Shown piece by piece: positions 62,711 through 64,000 of a stretch of DNA of 64,000 nucleotides. Source of the DNA: Adineta vaga (Eukaryota > Animalia > Rotifera); NCBI GenBank assembly GCA_021613535.1, contig CP075493.1, forward strand, positions 16,120,001 through 16,184,000. The letters are read 5' to 3'. Under the pieces are notes generated by a model. That model saw only the letters and a program-made list of their open reading frames with translations. It made no database searches and had not been told where the DNA came from. A program made the translations under genes and the position numbers. The stretch's first letter is position 1. The number at the start of each line of letters is the position of its first letter.

Positions 62711-64000
62711 TCATATAGATTATTTTTGTATATTGGTTGTGAAATAATTTACTCTTATTCACATTCAGACATGGAATATTCATTGCATGTTGTACTGGAT
62801 GATTCAGTCTGTAATAGAAAATTATAAAACTAATATGATTCATTGTTATTTAAATGCTTACTTGATAGAAATCGATTCGACAACTTCTGGAGTGATCTCA
62901 TTGTCGTTAAACATATTCAATGAAAACTTTTGTTTTAAGAATAAACAAATCTAGAAATAGTTTGTCGGGATAAGGAAAAATAATTGTTAAATAGCTGTAA
63001 TAATAAAGAATAAATGGTTACAAGGAGGTACTTGATATACAAAAAGAAAGTTGGACATGAAATATTCATCCTTGTTTTAATATCTTCAATGCTCTATAAT
63101 CTTATGCTTCTTTTCCTATCCAACTTTTGCTATGTGGATGTAATTTTCATATAAGGTTTAGAGGTCAATAAAGAATGAACATTAAATTGAAATATATAAT
63201 GAGCCATCTATTGAATTTTTTGATTGGTTCTTATGAAATTTAGAATTATTCGAACGAAAAATAAACAGAATAGAAACACGCGGTAGCTTATTCTTAAAAG
63301 AGATTTTCTATGAATTTAATATAACTTCTTGTGAAAGAAGTAATATTGAAATCTCCGCGAAAACAAAGATAATCATAATGACGAAAATGGTAATGTAATA
63401 CAAACTGATACAAATCAAATACATAAAAGTAAACAAAAGCTATGACGAATAATAATGAGCTTAATTTTCAATTTCGAATCTTCCAGTTATGAAATCCAAT
63501 GAGATGTCTTTATTAGAACAAATGCTGATAAATGATAATAATGTCAAATCATATTTTACAGAAATAATTTCTTTATGACAGGTGTGATATTCTGGTTGTT
63601 TTCATAATTTCAACACATAAATATTAAGTAAAGGATGTCTGTATGCTTGTGTGAAAAATGATATAGCACTCTTCAAATGATGATTTAAATAAGCCAGTGT
63701 TGATTGAGAATAATATCATAGAAAGAATTTTGTAATCAACAGATGCTATACTATAACAATCGTTTCAAATCATAGATGGACAAAAGACACTTTAAATTAT
63801 TCTTTTATTCTGTTACATGGAAAAGATAGGAAAAGATATAAGTAAAAATCATCCAACAATAATGTCAATGTCATACATCAAAAGTAAGACGATATAAGAA
63901 AATAGATAATTAGAGAAATACGAAAAACAAATCTATTGAAGTATATACAAAAATATATAATTGAGGCGATGAGAAAATTATTGCTGCTCTTCGTGGCTTT

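Overview
AT-rich eukaryotic DNA with short (about 55-75 nt) GT-AG introns. It is most consistent with a transposon-rich, subtelomere-like region of a bdelloid rotifer. This is an inference from dispersed (TGTGGG)n/(TGAGGG)n repeats, intron-containing endonuclease-less Penelope-like (Athena-type) reverse transcriptases, and ART-TPR and F-box-like genes. Mobile elements: (1) a 6.2-kb TIR transposon (12650-18827, 5-bp TSD) with a P-element-like transposase and a divergent second ORF that shares the same N-terminal domain; (2) a DD34E Tc1-like element with a 3-bp AAT TSD nested inside it; (3) an Athena/Terminon-like unit with a -1 frameshift signal, an accessory ORF, a hammerhead ribozyme and a C-rich telomeric tail; (4) a second RT fragment and a solo hammerhead next to telomeric repeats; (5) an intact piggyBac and a decayed one; (6) a Tc1-type foldback element; (7) a TRIM-like mini LTR element; (8) DD37E and MULE-like remnants. 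Host-type genes or pseudogenes: ART-TPR, sirtuin fragment, EF-hand sensor, Cys-rich secreted peptide, F-box-like protein, purple acid phosphatase, GPCRs, GNAT, PAN domain and TatD-like. About ten short head-to-head telomeric-repeat hairpins are scattered through the window, two with an identical 19-nt spacer. All calls are from reading the sequence by eye; no searches were run.
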